Made by a program: the position numbers and the translations under genes. Below, piece after piece: positions 1-12,635 of a DNA stretch of 64,000 nucleotides. The stretch is from NCBI GenBank assembly GCA_964234715.1, contig OZ174281.1; one strand, 5' to 3'. Below the pieces are notes generated by a model. The model was not told where the DNA came from, searched no databases, and saw only the letters and a program-made list of their open reading frames with translations. Source of the stretch: Podarcis melisellensis. Lineage: Eukaryota. Within the stretch, counting starts at the first letter, position 1, and every line of letters starts with the position of its first letter.

Positions 1-1479
1 CAGTGTCAAAACTGACAGGACCCTGATGCCTACACCCAATATTCATTACGGTTCGTTAGTGATTTGTATAGCTGTCTACAGGCTGAACTTCCACTTCAAT
101 CCTCGGTGGCCATTAAAATGTTTAGTTTGTCCTCTGGCTTTTACTGACAAAGAATTCATTTCCTATTGTTCAAGTGTTGGAAAGAGTTTACAGTTCTTTC
201 TAAAAGTAACAAAGGTCTTCTGGGTGCTGTAAATGGATTGTTACTCTAGCATATTATTTTAGGTAGTCAAAATTAATTTGATGTTTTATTTCTCCTTAGG
301 CTAACTTATAGATCTGAAGCATCCAAGGGCCATTGCAACATCTTAGTAGACTTCTCTCATGAGAACCAGTTAATTCTCAGTTGGGGAAGAATGTTTTCTG
401 CTCAATACTCATCATTAACCACTCTGATTTCTAATATTTTGCAAATATTTCCACTGCACTACATTTTGAAGAATTTTGAAGAAATTCAGACTATTTTTTT
501 TGTTTGTGTTGCTGAATATTTAAAGATAAAATATCACACACAATAAAAACCACAACAGATGTTATTCTGAAGTGCAGCTATACAGTTCACTGCATTTCCT
601 TCTCTAGCCATTTGTTGTTTTAAATGGATCCTTTCACTTTGCAGAATGCATATATCACTACTCCTTCCTTCCACCTCAAGACCATTTAAGGACTGTTTGC
701 AAAATGTATTTATAGTTTTGCTTGCATAATTTTGAGGTGCACAAAAGGAAACTAAAAAAAACAAAACCACAACCCGCCATTTTTAGAAGGTTTATACCGT
801 ATAAATATTTTTATAAACAAACACCTAACTTTAACCACAAACTGGTTATAAGCAACACCTTAATTTTCTTTTATCGTGACGTATCTTACTTGGCTTTACT
901 CTAAACTAAAAAGGAAAAAGTTCCAAAATGCTCCAACCTTTCCTCATAGTGGAAGTGGCCTAGGACCCACCAGTGGGCTATAGGCCTCAGTGTCACAGCC
1001 TGTCATGAGCCTCTTCTTCACTAGCCTGCCGCATCTCCTAGCTGTGCCATGGTACTTTTGGTTAGACCACTGCCAGAACCAGCTACTGCTTGCATGCTGA
1101 GTAAAGCTGGTTGGATTACAGAGTTTTTAGGAGGGAGTGGAGGAGGGGGAGGTCTCCCTACTCTGAGGGGAAAGGATAAGAGGAATTTTTGAAGAATATT
1201 AGAAATAATAATACTAATGCATTATAAGCTGGAGCCAAACAATACACACATCTCTCTGATGTAGATACCCCTTGTTCTCATTGAAAAGTTAAATAATAAT
1301 TGTAAACAGAATATACATTTTTAAAAGCTTGGTATAGAACTCAAGACCCAACTCCATTTAATAACTCCAATCTGTATTTAATATCTGTATGAGGTCTCCA
1401 GGGGAGATCTCAAGGAGATTTGGGGTAAGGTGTTACCAGCATACTGATGATTCCAACTCTTTTGCTCAGTAACATCTGG

Positions 1480-2030
1480 ATCAGAAGAGGCTGAGCAGGT
1501 GCTAAACTGCTGCCTGGATGCAGTCGTGGGCTGAATCTAGACAAGGCAAATATCCTATGGATGGGTAGTTAGTTCCCAGGTCCAGGAATGGATTGTGCAC
1601 CAGCTCTGAATGGTGTTGCATTTCCTCTATAGGTGCATAGTCTGAGGACACTCCTATAGCCAGTTATTGCTGTCTCTAGGGACTCAGGTGACCTCAGTGG
1701 TTCAGAGTGCACAACACCAACTATGTCTGTTCCTGGGCAGGGACTGTCTTGCCATGGTGGCCCATGTATTGGGAGCATTATGATTAGATTACTTTAATGT
1801 GCTGTCTGTGGAGCTTCACTTGCACCTAGCTTGGAAGTTACAGCCTGTGCAAAATGCTCGGGTGCATAGCGGGGCAACTTCTAACATTTTGTTTTTTGTT
1901 TTGTGCGTTGCTCATTTTGCAATATACAGTTGTGTTGTTTTTAATCTTATTTTCATCTAGCTTTTAGGAATGTTATTGTTTTTATGTAAACCACTTTTTT
2001 TTATTATTACATTAAGCATTATAAACATTT
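1480..2030 (+). mobile_element. Degenerate L2 (CR1-clade) LINE 3' fragment
   Basis: Decayed RT C-terminal motifs (LNCCLDAV; gattagattactttaatgtgctg, similar to RLDYCNAL; KLQxVQN) followed by a T-rich 3' tail. Boundaries approximate. Confidence 0.7.
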
Positions 2031-4066
2031 CACACATAAATATGAAACGTGATTAGCTCCAAGCGGAAGAACAGACTACCCAACCACAAGGCATGCGTCA
2101 CCAATGTTTAAACATGTGGAATTCTGCTAGCTCGAGTTTCTGCACACAGAAGACTCAAGCATGTTCTGCGGGTGGAATTTCTCTACATGGATCGAGGCGT
2201 TGTTGTCATTTTTAAAAGGAAACCACATTTTTCAGAATTATGAAAGTACAAAGTAGGAGAAAAACCTAGCTATTAAAATTCCTGATTAAAAGGTCCTAAT
2301 TAGTAATATCTGGGGGAAAATATTTTAATGCAAGGTTATCAGTTAATCAAAACTCTTTTAAAGTCATTAGTCGAGGTCATAAGCTCTTGTTTTTGCCTCC
2401 ACGAAGGAGGAAACATGCCTACAACACATTCCCAAGCGAGGGTTTTAAAAATGGTTCTCGGCACATAAGATTCTTCTTACATTACAAACCAACTTCCATC
2501 TCTTACACAAAGACTCATCTGGAAAAGAGGCCTTTTACACTGTTTATAAAATACTGTCAAATAAAATTTGTAAAAAAACATATTTCACTAAAAATAGCTT
2601 GCGTAAGTAAGGGATTAGAGTAGTTTCTGCTGCTATAATTGTTCCTTTGTAGTTTTTTCCATGATGTTTTCTGAACAGCGCCTTTTGACTATGTTTATTA
2701 AAGTCAGCACATCAAAAAGGATCAAAGCCAATGCTAGTGAGAACTAAAATAAAAAACCAAGTGTGTTGTGTTGTCTCATGGGAGAATTATGCAGATTCAA
2801 GTAAACAAGTGCAAATTGTTGAGGTTTTAATGAACATTTTCTACAATTATTGAATCTGAAGTCATTCCTTATTATAACATCTGTACAGCAGATGGCCATT
2901 CTGTATAAAAGGCAAGCAATGCTATTTTGTCTGTTTTAACAGTCCATCTGAGATGACTACTTTTTGTCATTGTACGCCATTTGCTTCAGCAAATAATTCG
3001 TAAAATGCAGCTGCTGCAGATGGTCACCATAGTTATGCGATTGTAAAAACCCGAAACACAGTGAAGTATTTGTGTATTAGTTTCATATGCCAACATCAGC
3101 TCTATTCAGCTCAAAAGGTATATCCATAAAACTTGAAAAATAAAAAGGGGCCGACTGACATATTTTTAATATTATACTCTCTCTTTTTTTAGATGTAGCT
3201 ACTGCAATTTTATGTTCAGGCAAACTACGCTTACCTGTGGAACTATATATTTCCACAGTAAAACTTTAATAAAAATATATATTCTATGGCAGTCCTATCT
3301 GAATTTTTTATCAGCTAATGTATAACTGAATGAAAATCAATGCATTTATCCTATTGTTCCTATGAGTATTTTCTATTTTTAAAATTACACGAAATACCAG
3401 AGATTAAAACACATGAAATATGCTTTGCTACTGATTAAAAACAAGAAAGTATTCATTTCATTAATTATTACAGCCAGATCAAGAAACTGCTGGGAGGTTT
3501 TTGGGTTTATTTGTTTGTTTTTTGATCAACTTGAAATTCATTATTACTACAGTAAGAGAAATATGAAATCACTTTGCCTTTGCGTCTTCACAATCTGGTT
3601 AGTGATGTTCTTCCCCTTCAATGATTAATTTTCATTTTAATTAGGTCTGACACTGCTATGACTTTATTACGCGTTCTTACTGAATTAAAAACATTCTTGA
3701 AATTTGCATGCGGTTTGCTTTTAAATTCACAGTCTTGCTCTCCTCCCTCATACCATGTATGTGTATGAGCATAGCTGACTGCAGAAGAATGTGCTAATTC
3801 TCACTGAAATGTTCAACCTGCATTTGGGCTGTGCCACTTCAGACTGCAGGTGTGCGGTCACTCCCATGATGGGTTCCTCCCACCGGGACCCTTCCCCATT
3901 TGCAAAAAAATACCTAGCATGTCAGGGAGAAGGGCAGATTATAATGCTTCTCCCTTGCATATCAGAAAAATATGTGGAAGAGATTTATAGAATGGAGGAA
4001 TATGCCATCAGCAATGGGAATCAATGGTTTGTGAAGTCCCACTACAGCCACAGGAGTGAGGGCTAC

Positions 4067-4510
4067 TGTCAGGTGTGGAAGTGGTTGCTCGCGAGTAACC
4101 AGGCAGGACTCCGACCTGTCTTTTACAGGTTTTATTGGTGCAAACTATTTACAGTGCAGAACCCCAAAGTTCATGTCCGTCTTAGTCACTTGCAGCTTCC
4201 GGGAGCTGCCCCCAACATAAGAACTTAAGACACCTCAAATTTCCGCCTCCCCTCCTTACGTTTCACCCCTCTGCGCAAGCTGGGCGACGGAAATGGCATG
4301 TCTGTTTCCTGGCCAGCCGGGCTAGGTGAGGCACCTGGGCTCTCAGTCGCATCTTCGAGGCCTCCCCTCGCCAGGCTATCCCCTTCCCCCTCTGCTCCAC
4401 TGGAGGTGTGGCTTCCCTCACCGCTGGACAAGGAGCTGCTCCTCAGCAGCATCAGAGGCTCTCTGTATTCCCCTGCCTCCCTCCCCTGTTCCGATGGCAG
4501 TCCCCTGACA
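4067..4510 (-). mobile_element. Solo LTR (probably Gypsy-type), 444 bp
   Basis: TGTCAGG...CCTGACA inverted termini and an exact 5-bp TSD GCTAC (4062-4066 / 4511-4515). AATAAA on the minus strand at 4131-4136. GC-rich with CpGs retained. Confidence 0.85.
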
Positions 4511-7483
4511 GCTACCAATCCTTTTCCCCACACTCCCTCACATTTCTCTTCCAGACAGGGGCAGAAGGCAGCTGCTACTTGCCATTGATCTTCTTTTGCC
4601 TGCCCAAAGAAATGAAATGGTGAGTGGCAACATCTGTTAGGAGCAGCCACCACAACTCATGAGGAAAGGGCCACTGAGCAAGTGGTAATGGTAGCTAGGA
4701 AAAGAAGCCGCCTCGTGCTCCTCTGTCTGATTCTCTGGGCCACGCCTGTTGCTCTTGGTCACCACTGCCACCCGCCAACTTGGGTGAGTGGGCACGTGAG
4801 TGAGGGTGACTGTCAAGCTGCAGTCAAGCACAAGTCTTGCAGATGAGAATGTGCCTTCAAGACCCGGAACCAGGTCTGGGTACAACCCACCCACCCACTA
4901 AGATTATGTTGCTGAAACAGATGGATGAAGTTCAAGAATCAGTGATACCTACTGCTCAGCCTGCCAAATTGGTCTTTACAGCCTCATATAGAACAGGAAG
5001 GACCCTAGGCTTGGAGATATAGGGACTTCTTACCAGATGAGCAATAATGCAAGAGAAGCTGAGGGAAAAGCGTTTGAAAAGGACAATCAGAACTGACAAG
5101 ATGGGCTCATAAGTACGTAAATATGTTAAGAATGCTGTGTATTCTTTCCTGCCGGTGGTCTTTCATGCTACAATTGAGACACAACTGCAAAAGGGTGGGA
5201 ATGCCTTAGCTGGTCTTGTCTGTACAGCAGTTTATTAATGGATAAAAATTATTTTGGCCTCTAGCACTTCCACAGTCTTTCATGTTCTATGAACCTTAAA
5301 TTTTTCATTTTTAACTTTTAAAACAATAAAAAGTGCTAAGATTTATTGGCCCGAGAAGGAAGATTCCTGATGAAAAAGCTATAAATCACCTCGCTTGGCC
5401 TGGAACTTATATTTCTCAGCTACAAATCGCTATCTTTATCTCTTAAGCTACTTATGCCAACTCACTAAAACCTGGCCAATATCCAGTGAGGAAAATGTAC
5501 AATTCAAATGACTTTTATTATGAGATTCCCCAACATAGCATTAAAAAATAGCACTAAATTCAAACGCTTAGTGATAAACCACTTATGATTCATGCTTTTT
5601 AGTTAAGCTTTGTGTTCTTCCAATAATTAATGGAATTGGTGGAGAAAATTTGGAACTTGATTTCATAATTTCATCATGGATTCCGTCGTCCCCCCCACTT
5701 CAAACCAAAGGATGGTTAAATTATCATTTTTTTAAAAAGTAAATCTATGGCATATTGATTTAGTATATGCTAAGTAGTATTTCATCCCCAGTTCAGTACG
5801 CTTCCAATATTTCAATAAAACACCAAATGTTCTACAGTTGTTCGAACTTAACAGCTATGGTTTATTATTATGGGAATGACCCTTGATGAGACTCTATCTC
5901 ATGTGACCCACCCCCCTTCTTTGAGCATTTTTGGCAAAGGAACTGGAAGTTGCTTCTTCTTTTGACTAACTGCAGTTCGTTGTCTTGTTGGAATAAAGAC
6001 AAACTGCAATTTGTCTTATCTGTGTTTTATATAAACAAGTCAACACCAAACCTTTGCTTACACAGCCAGCTTGCCTTAATAAACTATGGTTAAGATCAAC
6101 CATAGTTTGTCCTGGTTTGGACAAAATGACAAGCTGCTGTTAGTCAAAACTGGAAGCCAAAGCTCTCTGATCTTCTCTTTGTGGCTGTGCCACAATAGGA
6201 GAAGTGGCAGCGGAGTGTATGAGCTCAAGGTTTGTATAGAGTTGTTCCCATAATGGCAATCATAGTCCATTGTTTTATCGAACAAACGGGACAGATGTCT
6301 CAAATTCTGTTGGGTGATATTCACATGCCACTCACTAGGCTCCAGGAAAACCAGGTCACAGGAAAAAGGGAAAGACCACAGAATTGTGCACACTTCTCAA
6401 AGCACTCCACACTCACTCTTGTATATTTGACATCAGCGAACCAGATCAGAATTAAACCTAGTACACTCATAAGCCCAATTCATGTGTAATCGTGTAACGC
6501 TAGAATGAAGGAAGTGAGGCCTTCCAGATAAAAACTATCATCAAATCTGATGATTGGCAGTACTGACTGTTGAGAGATGGAGTCTAACAACCTCTGGAGG
6601 GTCACAAATTCCCCAGCCCTCATGGCTTAACACTGTGAGAACATCCTGCAGTGAGCCTCAGACATACATGTTCATCTCTTCATTCTTCTCTTTATGCATC
6701 AAGGGGAGCAATTGAAAGCTTCCACGTTTAGTTTTGAATTAACCACAGTTTACCATTATATCTGAATCTGGGGGAACACATGTTTATTTTAGCTGTGGTT
6801 AGTCTGAATAATTCAGGCTCTGAAACTACAGCTAGAGGATTTGAACTAGTTGGTTTAAATAACCACAGGTAGAATAGATTATGTTTTCATGTGTCTGGGC
6901 ATCACAAGAAACTGATTTATTCAACACTGAAATTCTCCTATTGTTCTTGAAATGCTAAACCATGGTTTCACATTTTGTCTGAACTGATCCAGAAACTCAC
7001 TTAAATTATCTGGTTAATTTTTGCACTGGGTTGGTACTAACAACTAATGCCAAACCTAGGAAGAAAGGTGGTGGTGGTAACAATTAATATGTGCAAGAGG
7101 GGAGTCACAAGATCACATGGACCAATCTTCCGAGTTCTAAACCTTGGTTTATCTGAACTGGGCCTATGATGGCGAATTGTACTGATCCTCTGAGCACATA
7201 GTAGATACCACAACGTTTCTTAGAACACAGTCATGGGTGTCATTCATACACATATAATGCAGGAGCATATTCAGTAAATCATCTGGTACTTTTATATGCT
7301 ATTGCATCTTATGGAGCCAATGCTTTACTCAAGTTGTTAACTTGCAAATTAATCAATATAAACAAATTGTATTCTAGTTCAGAGTCCAAAGCATATTATA
7401 AGTGTTGCATTATTTTTGTTTCAAGCACATATATTATTTTAACTTAAATTATTTTAGCAGTTTCCTCAGTTTAACTAAACCAT

Positions 7484-7531
7484 ACACATATTCTGACATG
7501 CAAATTCACACATATTCTGACATGCAAATTC
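7484..7531. repeat. Perfect 24-bp tandem duplication
   Basis: ACACATATTCTGACATGCAAATTC occurs twice in tandem. Confidence 0.95.
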
Positions 7532-7780
7532 AATAATAAGCAGAATTAAAGTTCTGTTTTCAGGGATCAAATCTAAGCAAAATTACATAAACCACAGGTG
7601 AGCCATGGAATAAAATTGTTTCTAGAGATCTCTTGCATTTAAGTACTGGAAATGGGAGCAACAGACAGGCATGTCAATCCACTGGTACTACCAGTGCCTT
7701 GTGTCTAATTCAAGTTGTTTCTATTTCAGTGTTCTCATGATACCATTGTGATAAACAAGTAGGACTTAAAATGTTCTTAC

Positions 7781-8185
7781 CTTTGCTCTTCGAGCTAGCT
7801 TTGACACTCAAATTTCCACTGAGATTTGATAAAGATGTTAATAGGCAGGGTTTCCTAGGATCTGGACGAGTTTCCATAGAAATGACAATCTGAGTGGTGT
7901 GGATAGAAACCTTCTGACAAAAGGAAATGCCCATCCATAAGTTTTCTTGGGATGCCTTTTGTCCTCCATCACCATGGTCTTCAGAGTCAGAAATCTGGCT
8001 TTTGTAACACTGGGATGTTAATGTGTCATCCTTCTTTGGAAGGCTATCAGCTGCTGAAGCATTTTCCTCCTGAGTCTCATCATCACTTTTGCTTCTGATC
8101 TTTTTCAGAAATTGTTTTATTTGATCCAACTTGACAAAGCTCAAATTTGCTTTCAGAGGCTTTGATATATCCACATTTATCTCCG
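7781..8185 (-). CDS. VPS13B: VPS13B coding exon (~human exon 36), 405 nt, phase 1/1
   Basis: Translates (A)EINVDISKPLKANLSFVKLDQIKQFLKKI...TTQIVISMET...KPCLLTSLSNLSGNLSVKASSKSK. Acceptor ctgtctgtcccacAG, donor G|GTAAG. The next exon was not found in 1-7780. Confidence 0.98.
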
Positions 8186-8703
8186 CTGTGGGACAGACAG
8201 GAAAGTAGGGGTGGAGAGAGAAATTTGTCTTAACCATTTCCCCCCCTATAAAAATTATGCATCCTCAAACAATTACTTAATTTACTGTAAAATGAAAGTT
8301 CAATCAAACTGCTTTTCAAAGAAGGTAATAACCTGGCTTCCTACTTCCAAGTTAATTAATTAGTGGACTTAACTTTGTCATGTTTATTAATTTCAATGGA
8401 CCTACTCTGAGTAAAACATAGTTGAATACATCCCAAATTATTCAGCAATCTGTTCTTGGCTAATTGCATTTATAATTTCATAAATATTCAAAGTGCAGCC
8501 GTTGCAGCAAATGTTTTAACAAAACACATGAGAAGAACATTGTTTTACAGATTGGGGGTGAGTGGGGGTGGAATTATTTGGAAAAGGGTTGGGAATCCTT
8601 AAAGTAAAACTATGCAAAGGAAAAATTGTGGTTATGCTGCTTCTCCTTCAGTCCTGCTGCAGTCCTGCTACCCAGAGGTAAGTCATGGTTTGGCTTTGCA
8701 TTA

Positions 8704-8929
8704 CAGTGGTACCTCAGGTTAAGTACTTAATTCGTTCTGGAGGTCCGTTCTTAACCTGAAACTGTTCTTAATCTGAAGCACCACTTTAGCTAGTGGGGCG
8801 TCCTGCTGCTGCTGCACCGCTGGAACACGATTTCTGTTCTTATCCTGAAGCAAAGTTCTTAACCTGAAGCACTATTTCTGGATTAGTGGAGTCTGTAACC
8901 TGAAGCATATGTAACCTGAGGTACCACTG
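8704..8929. mobile_element. Tc1/mariner (Tigger-like) MITE, copy 1
   Basis: TIR CAGTGGTACCTCAGGTTA...TAACCTGAGGTACCACTG with TA on both sides. Internal AACCTGAA repeats. Homologous to the copies at 17857 and 62318. Confidence 0.92.
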
Positions 8930-8964
8930 TACATCTAAACCTGAGTTCATGGTTTGTTTCACTT

Positions 8965-9110
8965 TAGACCAAGTGTGGAGAAGCTTTGGCCCTCCAGATG
9001 GTGATGAACAACAACTCTTGTCATTCCTGGCCATTGGACATGCTTGCTGGGGCTGACTGGAGTTGTAGTTCAGCTACATTTGCAGAGCCAAGGGTTCGCC
9101 ACACCTGCTT
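8965..9110. mobile_element. Old palindromic hAT-type MITE (ACTACAACTCCC family)
   Basis: Reads ggccctccagatg...acaactc...gctggggctgactggagttgtagt; same family as 59666-59800. Confidence 0.65.
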
Positions 9111-9986
9111 CAAACAACCCATGAGCTTTAGCCAAAGTTGGTTCTTGATGTATGGCTTGTGGTCAGAGAGAGGAACCATGAACCTGAGCTCAGCTGTAAT
9201 GCTAAACCAAACTATGCCTTAGTCCCAGGTAACATGGCAACAACAGGACCAGAGAAGCATCACAGCACAAGTTTTTCCTAGGACTATCCACACACTCCCA
9301 TAGTCACACTTAGCCATGGTTTAGTTTAACTTTATGTGTGAACTGGACCACAGTCTGGACCAAAGGTTTCCTTTCTGGAAGTTCATGTTACTAAACTGCC
9401 AAACAGCTTTTTAAGCTTTCCTGAGGGACTGCTGAAAGTCTTCAGTGTGCTCATGCTCCTTACTGGATTGTAGACATTGTTCTCATTTAACTATTGAATT
9501 CAAAATCTCAGTTCTTCACAATGTTTTTGCCAAATTGGAACTGGAACATGCATACTTGGAAGTTTATCTGATGCCAACTGAACTTGCTTCTAATGTAGTG
9601 CCTGTAAGGAGGTCGTTCTAGTTGTTCACCTGATGCTATCTGAGAGGTATGTTCCTTAACAATATCTTTAAAAGTGTGTAATGTGAAAAGCTTGCCTCTT
9701 TTCTCCTTTTCTTCTTGATCCAAATGCTAAAGCTAACAACCTTGCCCAGCCTTTGCTATTGCTTGTACATGATGCCGGAATAATGATACAATGAACAAAC
9801 AACCTATCCTATACTTTTATTTCATTTCTTTTCTTGGCCATTATTCTTCTCCAAGCCCTGAATCTCCACTTTAATTGTCCAGCTCTTGATGCTCCCATTC
9901 ATTAAAATAATTTCTCTGTTCATTTTAGTTCAGCTTCCTCCATCGTTGAAGTCATATGTCAGTATTTCTCAAATATTTCTCAAATT

Positions 9987-10121
9987 CAGTATTTCTCAAA
10001 TTTGGGTCCCCAGCTATTGTTGGACTACAGCTCCCACCATCCCTGACCACTGTCCTGCTAGCTAGGAATGATGGGAGTTGTAGTCCAACAACAGCTGGGG
10101 ACCCAAGTTTGAGAAACACTG
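9987..10121. mobile_element. Palindromic hAT-type MITE
   Basis: Imperfect TIRs CAGTATTTCTCAAATTTGGGTCCCCAGCT...AGCTGGGGACCCAAGTTTGAGAAACACTG, with a GGACTACAGCTCCC/GGGAGTTGTAGTCC core. Confidence 0.85.
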
Positions 10122-11215
10122 CACTAAGCCAAACCATTGCTTAGCATGATGCAGGAGACTGAGATCTTTTTGCACTGTGCTGCACTGAGTTAATCCATAG
10201 TTTCACTTAAGAGTCCCCCAGACCAGGGTTTAGCTCTCCCAGACCAACCTCAAGCCATAAACTGTAGGACAAACCTTGGTTGCAGCATGTGCTTAATCTG
10301 GAGAGCTCTAAACCACAAGCCTTGGCTTTGATGACATGCTAAGCCAAGCAGTGCCTACATTCATCATGGTGCAGCAGCAAAATTACCATGAGAGACTGAA
10401 GCAGCCTCTAACTCCTCTTCAGGAAGCTGTACACTCTTGTGTTCATTTATTTATTGAATATAATTTATATACCACTTTACACCAAAGGTTCATTATTGGC
10501 CATGATTTAGTTTAGCATATCCAGGTCACTGTGAAATCTATCAGAATGGCAGAGGAGGAAGGGAAAAGAAGAGGACAGAAACTCGTTCTTTTTGCTTCCC
10601 ACTGTTGCTATTTTCACTATCTCCCTTAGCAACAATTAATCTATCCAAAATTAAGACATATAGTGAAAACCTAAAAGCTCAAGGGCTTTTGGGGTGTGAA
10701 GAGAGATACTTGATGAAAACAAAAGCAAGACTATGAAGATTGTGATATCTCATATGGATGGAGAAGGTACTATTTCTTGCTGTTTGAAGCATTTCCTAGA
10801 ACTATGCTTTGCAACAACTAAAACCATACCTGTGTTAATGAATATTTACTATCTGGCACAGTTTTCTTCATTCTATTAAGAAATGGAGCTATCCAATTAC
10901 GTCACTATTTCAAAAACCTATTTGTAACAAAGCAATGAAAAAAACCCCTACTGGAGTGTTCGAGTGTTTTTGCAAATGACCCTAAGTTAATTAGAAAAGT
11001 CTGCACCCCGGTCAGTTCCCCTTCTCACATGTCAGCTCTCATTAAATCAAAAAATTCTCATTTCAAAGTTAACCAACACCATGGTTAACAAAACTGTTAA
11101 ACTGGGATCAAGTGGGCACATTCCTAGGTTTATATATGATGTCATGCTAAGCAGCCCACAGCTGAACTCGCAAAAATATGAATGATTTTTCAATATAGTA
11201 AGTATCTGATCTAAT

Positions 11216-11387
11216 NNNNNNNNNNNNNNNNNNNNNNNNNNNNNNNNNNNNNNNNNNNNNNNNNNNNNNNNNNNNNNNNNNNNNNNNNNNNNNNNNNNNN
11301 NNNNNNNNNNNNNNNNNNNNNNNNNNNNNNNNNNNNNNNNNNNNNNNNNNNNNNNNNNNNNNNNNNNNNNNNNNNNNNNNNNNNNNN
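11216..11387. other. Assembly gap (172 N)
   Basis: Run of N. Confidence 1.
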
Positions 11388-12567
11388 ACTGAGGGCAGTG
11401 ACACATCATACGATTCAAATTAACCTGCTGTGGACTGTTCCGCAGGGCTGAGGCTGTGTATTAAAATGACGACATTTTAAAACAGCTTGAAAGAAACCAG
11501 GATTGTCGAAGTGCAATGGTTCCAATTTGTTCCAACTAATCTATCACCTGCTGGAGATATTATTGTAGTGGGTTTCTGGTAGCTGCTATTTTCCAGGTTT
11601 CTCCAAACCACTGACCTTGCTAATGGGTACAATTGTTGCCTTTGGAGGTAAAGGGGGAGGGAACCCTACAAAGTGCTTTTTTATGTATGGCGAGAGGCAT
11701 GTTATTCATCACAACATGCGACCAACAGAAGTAGGGGGAGGGGAAAACCTAGACAAACAAACCACTTGCAGCCTCTTTGCTGAAAGATAAAACAGAGTCT
11801 ACCATATTCCTTAATTTGACAGGATAAAATGTTGTACATAAAAATAACTCATACAGCTAAAATTTGATGAACTTTATAATTTCATACATACAGGTCTTTC
11901 CAAGAAAACAACAAAGGCGAGCATTTTGGCAGAAGAAAGCTTGCATTTTTCTTAGACTTGGAATTAGTGACTATTAGGTATATTAAACTTTATGAATTGC
12001 TGAGTTTTTGTAATATATTTTCACAAAGACTGGGATAAAGTATGTTGGGAAGCCAAAACATTCCCAAATTTGATGTTCTCATCTTTGAAAAATATTAAAT
12101 TATCCATCAGAAAGAACAGTGAGGTAATAAAACAATATGATAATCTCCATCATGGCCAGTAACAATTAGCTGACCAACAAGGGCTTAATATAACTTTGCA
12201 TCTTTTCAAATGCAGTTCACCACTATTAGTCTCCAAATAGAGAACAAGATGGTGCATGTTAAAATAGAACTTTAAAAGCTACCAGCTCATGTACAAAAAA
12301 ACAACTCTTGTGGATGTGCTAAATTTAAGGATGTTTGTTTAAAAATAAACCACAGTTTGGTGACTGAGGTCTCCTTCTCTCTCTCTCATACATTAACCTA
12401 GCAGCATGCAAGTCCCTTCTCAGTGTGTGCAAATGTACTTAGTATAGGTGTGGAGAGAGAGGGGGAGGGGGAAGGAGACCTCAGGGAAGTTCTCTCGCTC
12501 ATTACAAACAGGTAATGTAAATTTAAGGAGGCAAATCTTTCACAGACACATTTGCATTTATTAGTAT

Positions 12568-12635
12568 AAAATGTCACATAAAGTGAGTTACATAAAAACA
12601 TAAAAAATGTCACATAAAGTGAGTTACATAAAAAC
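12568..12635. repeat. Tandem duplication, period 36
   Basis: AAAATGTCACATAAAGTGAGTTACATAAAAAC occurs at 12568 and 12604. Confidence 0.95.

Noticed and set aside
3791-4653. Overlapping 96-145 aa ORFs
   Set aside because: They arise from the GC-rich solo LTR and its flank and show no recognisable protein motifs.
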